From Croceibacterium sp. (GTDB lineage Bacteria > Pseudomonadota > Alphaproteobacteria > Sphingomonadales > Sphingomonadaceae): a stretch of 64,000 bases of DNA. The DNA lies in the NCBI GenBank assembly GCA_039920345.1, contig JBDSDZ010000036.1, positions 6,827 to 70,826 of the forward strand, written 5' to 3'. Below are positions 40,880 to 49,936 of the stretch, piece after piece. The translations under genes were made by a program, and so were the position numbers. Numbering within the stretch: position 1 is the first letter of the stretch; each line of letters opens with the position of its first letter. The notes under the pieces are model-generated. The model made no database searches and was not told the DNA's origin. It saw nothing but the letters and a program-made list of their open reading frames with translations.

Positions 40880-41925
40880 GGAACGACGAAGCGCAGTTTG
40901 GGACCCAGCGAAAGGTTGTAACGGCCAGCCGGGAAGGCCTCCCCATCGAGGATGAAGCGATCGTCGATATCGATCCCATAGCGATCGCGGCCGAACACAT
41001 GATAGCCGCGCCGGCGCAGGCCCTCGCTGAGGACGCCGCGGAACAGCAGCGCCAGGCGCAGCAGCAAGCCCTTGCGGGCGCTATCCACCAGCGCCATCCG
41101 GATCGGGCCTTCGACGTCGGCAAACGGCCTTAGTCCGGCAGGAAACCGCGTCAGCGTCGAAGCCAGGATGAAGAACCGGCTGTCGGCGCGTTCGCCTTCG
41201 CTGTGCGGCAAGTCGGCTCCGTTCGCGTCATACACGCGCATCGACGTGTTCCGACGCCAGAGATTACCGGGCCGGCCGAAAAGCGCCTGGGTCACAGTCC
41301 ACAGCGTGGTGATGCCCACCGCCAGCGCATCGAACACGCCCCGCTTGTGCGCGGTCTGGGCCAGGCCCACCGACGCGGTGAAGATACCGCCCCCGAACAC
41401 GAAGCCCTGCACCTGCGCATCGGGCTTGTCGCGCCGCGACACCACCACCGGGCGGCGCGCCTGCACGCGGCCACTGTCGATGGCCCGCAGCGCGTCCGCC
41501 AACGACCAATGGCGCGGGAGGCCAAGATCAGCCGCCAGCGCGTTGGTCTTGCCGTTCGGAAGCACGACGAGCGTGGGCCACAGGTTACCGAAAACCCCCG
41601 CCCCGCAGGTCAGGACATCGCGGATCGTGCCATCGCCGCCGTCGATCACCAGGTAGTCGACCCGGCGTTCGGCAAAGCGCGCCAGGATCGCGAGCAATTC
41701 GCTGCGCCGATCCGGCGTTTCCACCAGTACTGTGTCGCGTCCGGTCCAATCCGGGGAATCGCCCGCATTGCGATGGCTGCGAGGATTGCGGATCACGCCG
41801 ATAAGCGGCGCCTGGCGCGCGACCGCATCCAGCCCCGCCAGCGGCGAAGTCTTCCGGGTTACTTCCGGCAAACTTTGGAAATTGTGGACCGTCGTGTTCA
41901 TTTGCGGCGCCTTAGACTCCAGCAT
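40876..41925 (-). CDS. Diacylglycerol/sphingosine kinase family protein
   Basis: NP.S, GGDGT, LP.GKTN.LA.DLG, LDGE; start 41925 or 41901. Confidence 0.9.
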   Translation of the reverse strand: MLESKAPQMNTTVHNFQSLPEVTRKTSPLAGLDAVARQAPLIGVIRNPRSHRNAGDSPDWTGRDTVLVETPDRRSELLAILARFAERRVDYLVIDGGDGTIRDVLTCGAGVFGNLWPTLVVLPNGKTNALAADLGLPRHWSLADALRAIDSGRVQARRPVVVSRRDKPDAQVQGFVFGGGIFTASVGLAQTAHKRGVFDALAVGITTLWTVTQALFGRPGNLWRRNTSMRVYDANGADLPHSEGERADSRFFILASTLTRFPAGLRPFADVEGPIRMALVDSARKGLLLRLALLFRGVLSEGLRRRGYHVFGRDRYGIDIDDRFILDGEAFPAGRYNLSLGPKLRFVVP

Positions 41926-41964
41926 TTCAATAATTACTATGGTTAGAAACCAATTTCGAAACGG

Positions 41965-41982
41965 CGTGACGCAATTGTCACG
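41965..41982. promoter_or_regulatory. Palindromic candidate operator
   Basis: CGTGAC-N6-GTCACG in an AT-rich divergent intergenic region. Confidence 0.35.
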
Positions 41983-42137
41983 GTGCAGTGCAGCATAAAG
42001 TTGTCATAGCCAGTTTGGCTAGATTCCTGATGAACAACGCGCGCGAACGATTCTGGGTATCAAAATACCGGTTTTCAAGATGTCGGCTCCACGGCAGCAG
42101 GCTGGCACGGCGGCACGATGCAGGGTAGGATTGTGCC

Positions 42138-43331
42138 ATGCTCACCGAACATCTCCTCGATCAGGCGCGTGACATTGCCCCGCGCATCTCGGCGCTGCGC
42201 CGCGCGATCCATGCCGAGCCCGAACTGGGCCTCGACACTCCGCTCACCCTGGCCAAGGCGCGGGCGGAGCTGGCCGACCTGCCGCTCGAATGGCGCGAAG
42301 GACCGTCCTGCACGGGCGCGATTGCGGTGCTCAAGGGGGCCAAGCCGGGCCCCACAGTGCTGCTGCGAGGCGACATGGATGCGCTGCCGATGCAGGAGGA
42401 GACAGGTCTCGACTTTGCGTCTTCGCTACCCGGCCGGATGCATGCCTGCGGGCACGACACGCACACCGCGATGCTGGCCGGCGCAGCGCGGCTGCTGGCC
42501 GCGCGGCAGGCGGAGATCGCCGGTGCCGTCCATTTTATGTTTCAGCCGGGCGAAGAAGGCTATCACGGCGCCCGTTTCATGATCGACGACGGTTTGCTCG
42601 ATCCGCTGCCCGACGCGGCTTTCGCGCTCCACATCATGCCCAATTACAAGCATGGCGTGCTGGTGGGGCGCGCCGGTACCTTGCTCGCGGCCGCCGACAA
42701 GCTCGAGATCGTGGTCGAAGGGCGCGGCGGGCACGCCTCGATGCCGCACCAGACGCGCGATCCGGTGCCCGTGGCGTGCGAGATCGTGACCGCGATCCAG
42801 GCATTGGTAACGCGCCGCTACGAAGCGGCCGAAGCCTTGGTGGTGACGATCACCCAGCTCGACGCCGGCAGCGCGCATAACGTGATCCCCGACCGGGCCG
42901 TCCTCAAGGGCACGATTCGCACCCTGTCGTCCGAACGGCGCGCCGACATTCGCGCGGCGCTCACCACGCTCGCTGAAGGCATTGCCTCGGCCCACGAATG
43001 CAGCGCCCGGGTCGAGGTGATCGATGGCTTCCCGCCGACAATCAACGATCCGAGCGCGGTTGACGTGTTTGAAAGGGTGGCACTAGGCTTGCCCGACGGC
43101 GCATTCGAGCGGTTGCCGCATCCGATCATGGGAGCGGAGGACTTCTCTTATGTGCTCGAAAAGGTGCCCGGCGCGATGGCCTTCCTGGGCGTGGCTGCGG
43201 AAGGATCCGACTGGGCGGGATGTTGCGGCATCCATTCGAGCCGGATGATCGTGGACGAAAGTGCCCTGCCGCGCGGCGCCGCGATCCTTGCCGGGTGCGC
43301 GTTACGCTTCCTCGATTCGGGCTGGGCCTGA
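42138..43331 (+). CDS. M20 family metallopeptidase/amidohydrolase (hippurate hydrolase-like)
   Basis: HAEPEL, RGDMDALP, MHACGHD, FQPGEE, AEDFS. Confidence 0.94.
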   Translation: MLTEHLLDQARDIAPRISALRRAIHAEPELGLDTPLTLAKARAELADLPLEWREGPSCTGAIAVLKGAKPGPTVLLRGDMDALPMQEETGLDFASSLPGRMHACGHDTHTAMLAGAARLLAARQAEIAGAVHFMFQPGEEGYHGARFMIDDGLLDPLPDAAFALHIMPNYKHGVLVGRAGTLLAAADKLEIVVEGRGGHASMPHQTRDPVPVACEIVTAIQALVTRRYEAAEALVVTITQLDAGSAHNVIPDRAVLKGTIRTLSSERRADIRAALTTLAEGIASAHECSARVEVIDGFPPTINDPSAVDVFERVALGLPDGAFERLPHPIMGAEDFSYVLEKVPGAMAFLGVAAEGSDWAGCCGIHSSRMIVDESALPRGAAILAGCALRFLDSGWA

Positions 43332-43344
43332 ACAAACGGCCGCA

Positions 43345-43421
<77 letters not shown>

Positions 43422-43494
43422 GCCAAAGGCGGCGGACCGCGCGCGAGTTAGCAATGCGGGGCGCGCCCGCCAAGCACAATTGCCCTGAGCGGGA

Positions 43495-43902
43495 TTATTG
43501 CCGGACGGGAAGCTGCTGGAGGGTGGAGCCGTTGGCGCGGGTCACGGTCACGTCGAACCCGCCCCGCCGCCCGTCGCGCAGCTTGTAGTACGTCAGGTCG
43601 ATATGTTCGCCCGGCGCCAGCGAGCGCTTCGACCAGCCGGATCGCGCCAAGTGATTCGGGCTCATGCCCTCGAATGCCCAGCGTGTACCGCTGGCGTCCT
43701 TGACGTAAAGGAAGGTGTGCGGGTTGGTCCAGACCCAGCGCTCGACCGTCACGTCCTTGAGTTCGGTCGAGGTGCCCCATTCGAACATCGCGGTCGAATG
43801 GTGCGCCTGACCGGGAACGGTCAGGGCGACGGTGGCGGCAACCACGGCGCCAGCGACAAGCGCCAAACGCATGGGGGCAAGACGGATCGATTTGTTCAAC
43901 AT
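43495..43902 (-). CDS. DUF6152-like secreted protein
   Basis: Signal peptide ending AHHS.AMF; W.NPH, W..E...P..L...GW. Confidence 0.8.
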   Translation of the reverse strand: MLNKSIRLAPMRLALVAGAVVAATVALTVPGQAHHSTAMFEWGTSTELKDVTVERWVWTNPHTFLYVKDASGTRWAFEGMSPNHLARSGWSKRSLAPGEHIDLTYYKLRDGRRGGFDVTVTRANGSTLQQLPVRQ

Positions 43903-44053
43903 GGTCCTCTCCTGCGGCCCCGCCCCTGAACGGGCGATGAGCGCTTGCCGCCCTTCTGCCAGCAAAGGTCGGCCATAATCAACCCGCCGCTTGACTTGAA
44001 CCGCCGGCGCGGCGCAAACTTTTTCTTGGAAGAGGTCACCGCCGGAGGGACAA

Positions 44054-44893
44054 ATGCAAAGATTGGCTATCCTGGCGCGCGCGCTTGCCGGCGCCGGCGC
44101 GCTCGCCATGGCGACGGTGACCCCCGCTCTGGCCCAGGCGCAGGATGAGCCGATTCCCCGCGCGCACGGCTATGCCGCGATCGACGCCCTGCCGGACTGG
44201 AGCGGGGTATGGGCGCCCGATTGGTCGCTGCTGTTTGGCGGCGGCGCTGCCGGACCTCCGGCCCAGCCCAAGCTGACCCCTGCTGCCCAGCAGCGGCTCG
44301 ACGCGTTTCGTGCCAAGCAAGCCGCCGAAGGGGTTGACCAATACGCGCAGGCGCATTGCATTCCGCCGGGCATGCCGGGGATCATGCGCCAACCCTATCC
44401 GATCGAATTCGTGTTTTCGCCGCAGCGGGTGACGCTGTTTGCGGAGACTTACAGCCAGGCGCGGCGCATCTATACCGACGGCCGCCCGATCCCGGAGGAT
44501 CCGGATCCCTACTTCAACGGCAATTCGGTTGGCCATTGGGAAGGCGATACGTTGCTGGTCGATACCGTGGGCTTCAGCCCCGCGGCGGCCGAGATTGGCG
44601 CCGGCATCCCGCACGGCGGGAACATGAAGATCCATGAGCGCATCTGGCTCGAAAAGCCGGGTGTGATGCGGATCGAGACGACGATTACCGATCCCGACGT
44701 GTTGACCGAGCCATTTGTCTCGCAACTCGCCTTCAAACGCGAACCGGATTGGGAAATCCGCGAGTATGTGTGCGAGGAAAACAATCGCCTGACGTCGGGC
44801 GATGCGGGCGGATCGAACATCGACCTTGGGATCGATGCCCCGGCCGATGATCCGTTCGGCCAGCCGCGCGAGGACGAACCAGCAGCCAACTAG
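44054..44893 (+). CDS. Secreted hypothetical protein
   Basis: Signal peptide; PDWSG.W, C.PPGMP, G.SVGHWEGDTL.VDT, EYVCEENN. Confidence 0.85.
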   Translation: MQRLAILARALAGAGALAMATVTPALAQAQDEPIPRAHGYAAIDALPDWSGVWAPDWSLLFGGGAAGPPAQPKLTPAAQQRLDAFRAKQAAEGVDQYAQAHCIPPGMPGIMRQPYPIEFVFSPQRVTLFAETYSQARRIYTDGRPIPEDPDPYFNGNSVGHWEGDTLLVDTVGFSPAAAEIGAGIPHGGNMKIHERIWLEKPGVMRIETTITDPDVLTEPFVSQLAFKREPDWEIREYVCEENNRLTSGDAGGSNIDLGIDAPADDPFGQPREDEPAAN

Positions 44894-44969
44894 GTCCCGC
44901 GATCAGGTGGGCCGGCGGATAACGCTGGCGCCTGCCAAACCTGGATAAATATAGCGCCTGAAACAGGAA

Positions 44970-44997
44970 GGGGCGGGAGCCGATCAGCTCCCGCCCC
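44970..44997. terminator. Hairpin between converging genes
   Basis: GGGGCGGGAGC-CGATCA-GCTCCCGCCCC. Confidence 0.6.
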
Positions 44998-45139
44998 ACC
45001 TGGGCTGCGCCGCGTGAAGCGCTGCGCCATCCCCCTGCCTTAGGTCCAATCCCGGGCGAAGACATGGTCTTCGCTTTTCCTGGCCGAAAGGAGTGCGGGG
45101 CGATCCCGTTGCCAGGACCGCCCCACTTTGACTTCGATC

Positions 45140-48100
45140 CTAGAAGTCGATCTTCGCGCCGATGCGGAAGTAGCGGCCGACGATGTTGGCCTGGCTCCAC
45201 GTCGGGTTGTACTGGAAGATCGAGTACGCCGCCGACGGGTCGAACTTCGGGTCGATCCCGAGAACGTTCAGCACGTTGGCATAGATGTTCAGGTGCTCGT
45301 TGACTTCGTAGTTGACCGCGAGATCGGCGTTCCACTGAGCGCCCGTGGTGCACTGCACTGGAGTTCCGTCCTGGTATGTCACGACCGAAGCACCGATGCT
45401 GGCCTGGCAATCGCCCTTGACCCCACCATAGTCGACTGAGGCCAGATCGAGGCCATCGGTGTAATAAACGGTGCCGGTAATATCGAGGTTGCCGATACCC
45501 AGCGTGCTCGAAACGTTACCACGCCACTTGGGCGAACCCGAGCAGGACGTGTAATCGCACGGGCTGAGCGAGCCATCGTAACGTTCGACCGAACCGTCCG
45601 CACGGCTGACCTGATACTTGATCAAGTAGGAGACATCGGCGCTGGTCGAGAAACGCACGTCACCGAAGTTGTGACGATAGTTCACACCAAAATCGATGCC
45701 CTGCACTTCTTCCGTGTCCGAGTTCGTGAACGAGAACTGGATGAACTGCGGCAGCACCGGAGCGCCCGGGAACTGCGGGTCGGCCGCAGCGCCGACGACC
45801 GTCACGCCCGGAACGGCGTTGGTGGTGCCGCTACGCAGGAAGGCATCCAGCGCTGCGTTCTGGTCAGCCGCCGAGATGTTACCGATGACATCCTTCACCT
45901 TGATGTTGAAGTAATCGACCGTGAACGACAGGTTGCGGATCGGTTCGAACACCGCGCCGAGGGTCCAGCTGGTGGACTTTTCCGGGTTCAGTGCAGGGTT
46001 ACCGACCGAGGTACGGCCGAGCGAATACTGCCCGGTCGCATAGCTGTTGCCGCCGTGCGCCGCGCAGAACGCGACATACGTCCCGCAGTTGACCGACAAG
46101 GTTGTGTAGCCCGTCGTCGGCAAGCCGAACGCTTCGTTGAACGACGGGATACGGAAGCCCTTCGAGTACGTACCACGGATGAGCAACGCATCGACCGGCT
46201 TGAACTTGAAGCCGATCTTCGGCGAGAAGTTGGTCTGGCCCGACGAGTAATCGTCATAACGGCCCGAACCGATGATTTCCAACGAGTCCAGGATCGGCGC
46301 GTCGATTTCGAAGTAGGCTGACTTCACGTTACGGCTACCGACCGCACCAACCGCGTTGATCGTGAAGTAACGATCATACGGATGAGCGAGATTTTCCGGG
46401 TTGGCCGACTGATCGGTGATCGATTCGTGACGGTACGAAACGCCAACGGCCGCGTTGAGCGCGCCGCCCGGCAGTTCGAACAGCGCATGACCGACGGTAG
46501 CATTGACCTGCCACAGTTCTGAGGTCGACGTCTTCACGTTGACCGGCGAGATGTAGTCGCGCAGGGCCTGGGAGTTGAGCCAGGGCTGCACGAAATTGTA
46601 GCTACCGTTTGCGATTACATCCGCCACCCGCTGCGGGATGATGTAGTTTTCGCTGGTGCGGGCAAGCTTCACTTCAGAAGCCGTGCCTTCGAGCTGGTAG
46701 GTCCAGGAATCATCGCTGCCGAAGGTGCCCTGAATGCCCGCCGCGGCGCGCAGTGCACGCGCATCGGTTTGGACGGTCTGCGGACGATCATAGCGACCGC
46801 GCAGAATCGCGGACCTGCCGGAACCCGCATAGGGGTTGTTCGGATTGAGGTGCGCGCCAGGCGAGGCAACTGTACAGCTGCTCTGGTTGACGGTTCCGAC
46901 GAAAGTGGCGGTGCCGCCTGGGCAGACATAAACCGGCAGCAAGACGGGATTGAACGTGACCGAGCTCGGCGGCGGGGTCGAAGTCGCGCCCAAAGCCGCC
47001 GGAGTCAGCTGCGAGTAGGTGTGCGCATTCAGGTAGTTGAGCGCGAAGTAAGCTTCTGCCTTGTCACCGATCTTGGCGGTGGCGCGAGCAGCAAAGCCGT
47101 AGCGTTCCGATTCCGGACGCAAGGTGGCGTAAGCCTTCTTGGTGTCCTTCTGGCACAGGGCGCTGGCATACGTGTACTGGCCCGCTAGGGAGCCCGAGGT
47201 GATCAGGCCGCGCGCGCTGTTCGGCAGGGTCTGCCGATCGGCACCGAAAGCCGAGCAGTCTCCGTTAAGCAGTTCATATTGGCCTGTCCGCGTACCGGCG
47301 GCCGTTGCAGGCGCAATAAGCGGGAAGTCAGGCAGGCTGGAGCCACCAAGGGTGCCGTTGGCATTGACGCCGAATTCGTACCAACGGGTCGGGATCGCCA
47401 TGCAGCTGCCAGCATCATTACAGATGCCGCTCAGATTGCCCGTATTAAAGGGGTATTCGCGGTCACGCGCCCAGATCACGTCGCTCTTGCGGTAGGTACC
47501 AGCGACATAGATGTTGAAGCCGTCGCTCTCGAGGTCGCCCACGCCGTAAGCGGCGTCGAAGCGTTCTTCAGCGCCATCACCATGCTGGGAAACGCCAGTC
47601 GAAGCATTCACGTGAATGCCCTGGATTTCCTTCTTGGTGATGATGTTGACCACGCCTGCAACCGCGTCGGCGCCGTAGGTCGACGAAGCGCCGTCCTTCA
47701 GGACTTCGACCCGTTCGACGATCACGTCGGGGATGGTGTTGAGATCGACAAAGTTGCGGTGGCCGTCATCGGCCAGCGGATACGGAGCCATGCGCAAGCC
47801 GTCGAACACGGTAAGGGTCTTCTGCACAGTCAGGCCGCGCAGCGAAACCGCGTTGGCGCCGGCAGCGAAGTTGTTGCCGTTATTCCAGCCTTCGGAGAGC
47901 GCGCCCGAGCCGTTGGCGGCGATGCGCTGCAGTCCTTCAGCTACGGTGTTGACGCCGCGCTTTTCGAGTTCGGCGGTCGACAGCACGGTCACCGGCGAGG
48001 GTGTTTCGGTGTCGGTCCGGCCAAGGATCGAGCCAGTCACGAAGATGACGCCCGTGTCGTCAGCGGATTCATCGTCGGCCGCAGCGGTCGACGAGGGAGT

Positions 48101-48214
48101 TGGAACCGGAGTCGGCGCAGTGGTCTGAGCCAGCGCCGGAACGCTATAAATTGCGAGGCCGAGCGCGATTGGGGCAACGCCCGCGCGCAGGGCAATGAGT
48201 GTCGATTTTTTCAC
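45140..48214 (-). CDS. TonB-dependent receptor
   Basis: GTG start VKKSTLIAL, IFVTGS TonB box, RVEVLKDGASSTYGADAVAGVVN, C-terminal DF. Confidence 0.95.
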   Translation of the reverse strand: MKKSTLIALRAGVAPIALGLAIYSVPALAQTTAPTPVPTPSSTAAADDESADDTGVIFVTGSILGRTDTETPSPVTVLSTAELEKRGVNTVAEGLQRIAANGSGALSEGWNNGNNFAAGANAVSLRGLTVQKTLTVFDGLRMAPYPLADDGHRNFVDLNTIPDVIVERVEVLKDGASSTYGADAVAGVVNIITKKEIQGIHVNASTGVSQHGDGAEERFDAAYGVGDLESDGFNIYVAGTYRKSDVIWARDREYPFNTGNLSGICNDAGSCMAIPTRWYEFGVNANGTLGGSSLPDFPLIAPATAAGTRTGQYELLNGDCSAFGADRQTLPNSARGLITSGSLAGQYTYASALCQKDTKKAYATLRPESERYGFAARATAKIGDKAEAYFALNYLNAHTYSQLTPAALGATSTPPPSSVTFNPVLLPVYVCPGGTATFVGTVNQSSCTVASPGAHLNPNNPYAGSGRSAILRGRYDRPQTVQTDARALRAAAGIQGTFGSDDSWTYQLEGTASEVKLARTSENYIIPQRVADVIANGSYNFVQPWLNSQALRDYISPVNVKTSTSELWQVNATVGHALFELPGGALNAAVGVSYRHESITDQSANPENLAHPYDRYFTINAVGAVGSRNVKSAYFEIDAPILDSLEIIGSGRYDDYSSGQTNFSPKIGFKFKPVDALLIRGTYSKGFRIPSFNEAFGLPTTGYTTLSVNCGTYVAFCAAHGGNSYATGQYSLGRTSVGNPALNPEKSTSWTLGAVFEPIRNLSFTVDYFNIKVKDVIGNISAADQNAALDAFLRSGTTNAVPGVTVVGAAADPQFPGAPVLPQFIQFSFTNSDTEEVQGIDFGVNYRHNFGDVRFSTSADVSYLIKYQVSRADGSVERYDGSLSPCDYTSCSGSPKWRGNVSSTLGIGNLDITGTVYYTDGLDLASVDYGGVKGDCQASIGASVVTYQDGTPVQCTTGAQWNADLAVNYEVNEHLNIYANVLNVLGIDPKFDPSAAYSIFQYNPTWSQANIVGRYFRIGAKIDF

Positions 48215-48506
48215 AGTGCAGTCCCTTTTTTGCAATGTAGCGCGACGCGCCGCACCACCCACTCTCCGCGGACAATGCGGTGATGGATGGCGCCCTACTG
48301 CCGCAAGGAAGGGCCGCAGCAAAGTTCCGCGACTGCGAAGGCGGTATAATAGGTTGCCTCTGTAACCAATGTGCAACACAGCTTGAGGCTGTTTGTTTTC
48401 AACTAGTTAGCGGTTGAAGCGCAAGATGGTTACAATCGTTGTGTTCAATTGAGCATATCGTTTCAAACGACGGGGTCATGATCGCTCCGCGCGCGCGCTG
48501 GGTCGT

Positions 48507-48529
48507 TTGACATCGTTCCGCTTCTGTTC
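48507..48529 (+). promoter_or_regulatory. -35 box (TTGACA) followed by an alphaproteobacterial LexA box
   Basis: TTGACA at 48507-48512; GTTC-CGCTTCT-GTTC (GTTC-N7-GTTC) at 48515-48529, 12 bp before mmcB. Confidence 0.85.
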
Positions 48530-48541
48530 CAGCCAAGCGCG

Positions 48542-49042
48542 ATGAACACTCCCCCTCCCAGCCGAATTCTCGATCACGCCTCGCGTCGCGCGGCCGCCGT
48601 TGCCCGGGGAATCAGTCGGCTGTTTGCCCGCAACGACCTGTGGTGCCTTGCCGAGATGCCGTTGCGCAATGGCCGGCGCGCCGACCTGATGGGGATCGAT
48701 GCCAAAGGGCAAGTGATTATCGTTGAAATCAAGACCGCGCGGGCGGACCTGCTGGGCGACGCCAAGTGGCCGCATTATCTCGAGTTTTGCGACCGGTTTT
48801 ATTGGGGGGTCCCGCCCGAGCTTGATCGCGCCTGCCTCGAAGGGGCCGACTTCCGGCCCGATTGCTGCGGAGTGATCGTGGCGGACGAATACGATGCCGA
48901 AATCATCCGTCCCGCCCCAACTCGTGCGCTGGCAGCGGCCCGGCGCAAGGTCGAAGTCGAACGGCTCGCGCGCACAGCTTTGCGGCGGCAGCTGGTCATG
49001 CTCGACCCGGATTGCTCGGCATGGGGGCAGGGCCTCACATAA
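48542..49042 (+). CDS. mmcB: MmcB family DNA repair protein
   Basis: E.PL.NGRRAD, IVEIK...AD..GD.KW..Y..FCDRF (PD-(D/E)xK); SOS box upstream. Confidence 0.9.
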   Translation: MNTPPPSRILDHASRRAAAVARGISRLFARNDLWCLAEMPLRNGRRADLMGIDAKGQVIIVEIKTARADLLGDAKWPHYLEFCDRFYWGVPPELDRACLEGADFRPDCCGVIVADEYDAEIIRPAPTRALAAARRKVEVERLARTALRRQLVMLDPDCSAWGQGLT

Positions 49043-49104
49043 TCCAGGCCTCACATAACAAGGTGCTGCTGTCGCGCTGGCGGGCGAGGTGCTAGGCAGC
49101 GCGC

Positions 49105-49866
49105 ATGATGACTCTCGTGTTTTCGGCGCTGGCGATGACCGCGATCGTGGGTGGGCGTTACCTTATCACCAGCGGCCTGTTCGCCTGGGCCACGGCGCGA
49201 GTCCGTCCCGGGCTATATACAGGCCTTGATGGCCAGATCAGGCGCGAGATCGGCTGGTCGTTGGCATCCGCCGCGATTTACGGTGTCCCGGCGGGCATTA
49301 TCGCCTGGGGCTGGCAGGCACGCGGCTGGACCGCGATCTACACCGACATCTCGGACTACCCGTTATGGTATGTGCCGCTATCGCTGGCTGCCTATCTGTT
49401 CGCGCACGACACCTGGTTCTACTGGACTCACCGCCTGCTGCACCGCCCAAGCTGGTTCCGCACCGCGCATGCCGTGCACCATGCCAGCCGGCCGCCGACC
49501 GCCTGGGCCGCGATGAGCTTCCATCCTTTGGAAGCGATCAGTGGCGCGGTCGTCATTCCCGCGCTGGTCTTCGCCGTGCCAGTGCATATCGCGGTTCTCG
49601 GCCTGGTGCTGGCGATCATGACCCTGATGGGGGTGACCAATCACATGGGCTGGGAGCTGTTCCCACGCCGCTTCGTTCACTCGCAGCTCGGCGCTTGGTT
49701 CATCACCGCCAGCCACCACCAGCGCCACCATGCAGACTATCGCTGCAATTATGGCCTGTACTTCACGGTCTGGGACAGATTGTGCGGCACCGACCGCGGC
49801 ATTGCTTCTGAAATGACCGGCCGTTTTGCCGCCGTGATGCCGGTCGCCCACACGCGGCTGAATTAA
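49105..49866 (+). CDS. crtG: Sterol desaturase family protein, probable carotenoid 2,2'-beta-hydroxylase
   Basis: His boxes HDTWFYWTHR.LH, HAVHH, NH, HHQRHH, NYGLYF..WDR; resembles CrtG from recall. Confidence 0.7.
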   Translation: MMTLVFSALAMTAIVGGRYLITSGLFAWATARVRPGLYTGLDGQIRREIGWSLASAAIYGVPAGIIAWGWQARGWTAIYTDISDYPLWYVPLSLAAYLFAHDTWFYWTHRLLHRPSWFRTAHAVHHASRPPTAWAAMSFHPLEAISGAVVIPALVFAVPVHIAVLGLVLAIMTLMGVTNHMGWELFPRRFVHSQLGAWFITASHHQRHHADYRCNYGLYFTVWDRLCGTDRGIASEMTGRFAAVMPVAHTRLN

Positions 49867-49872
49867 CACTAC

Positions 49873-49888
49873 TTCACAGTTAATTAAC
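49873..49888. promoter_or_regulatory. Possible CtrA-type binding site
   Basis: TTCA-N7-TTAAC (one mismatch to TTAA-N7-TTAAC) among further TTAA(C) half-sites. Confidence 0.4.
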
Positions 49889-49936
49889 TATGCGGGGCCA
49901 ATAACCCGTTCATCAGGTCGAAGGGGGCCATCTTTG

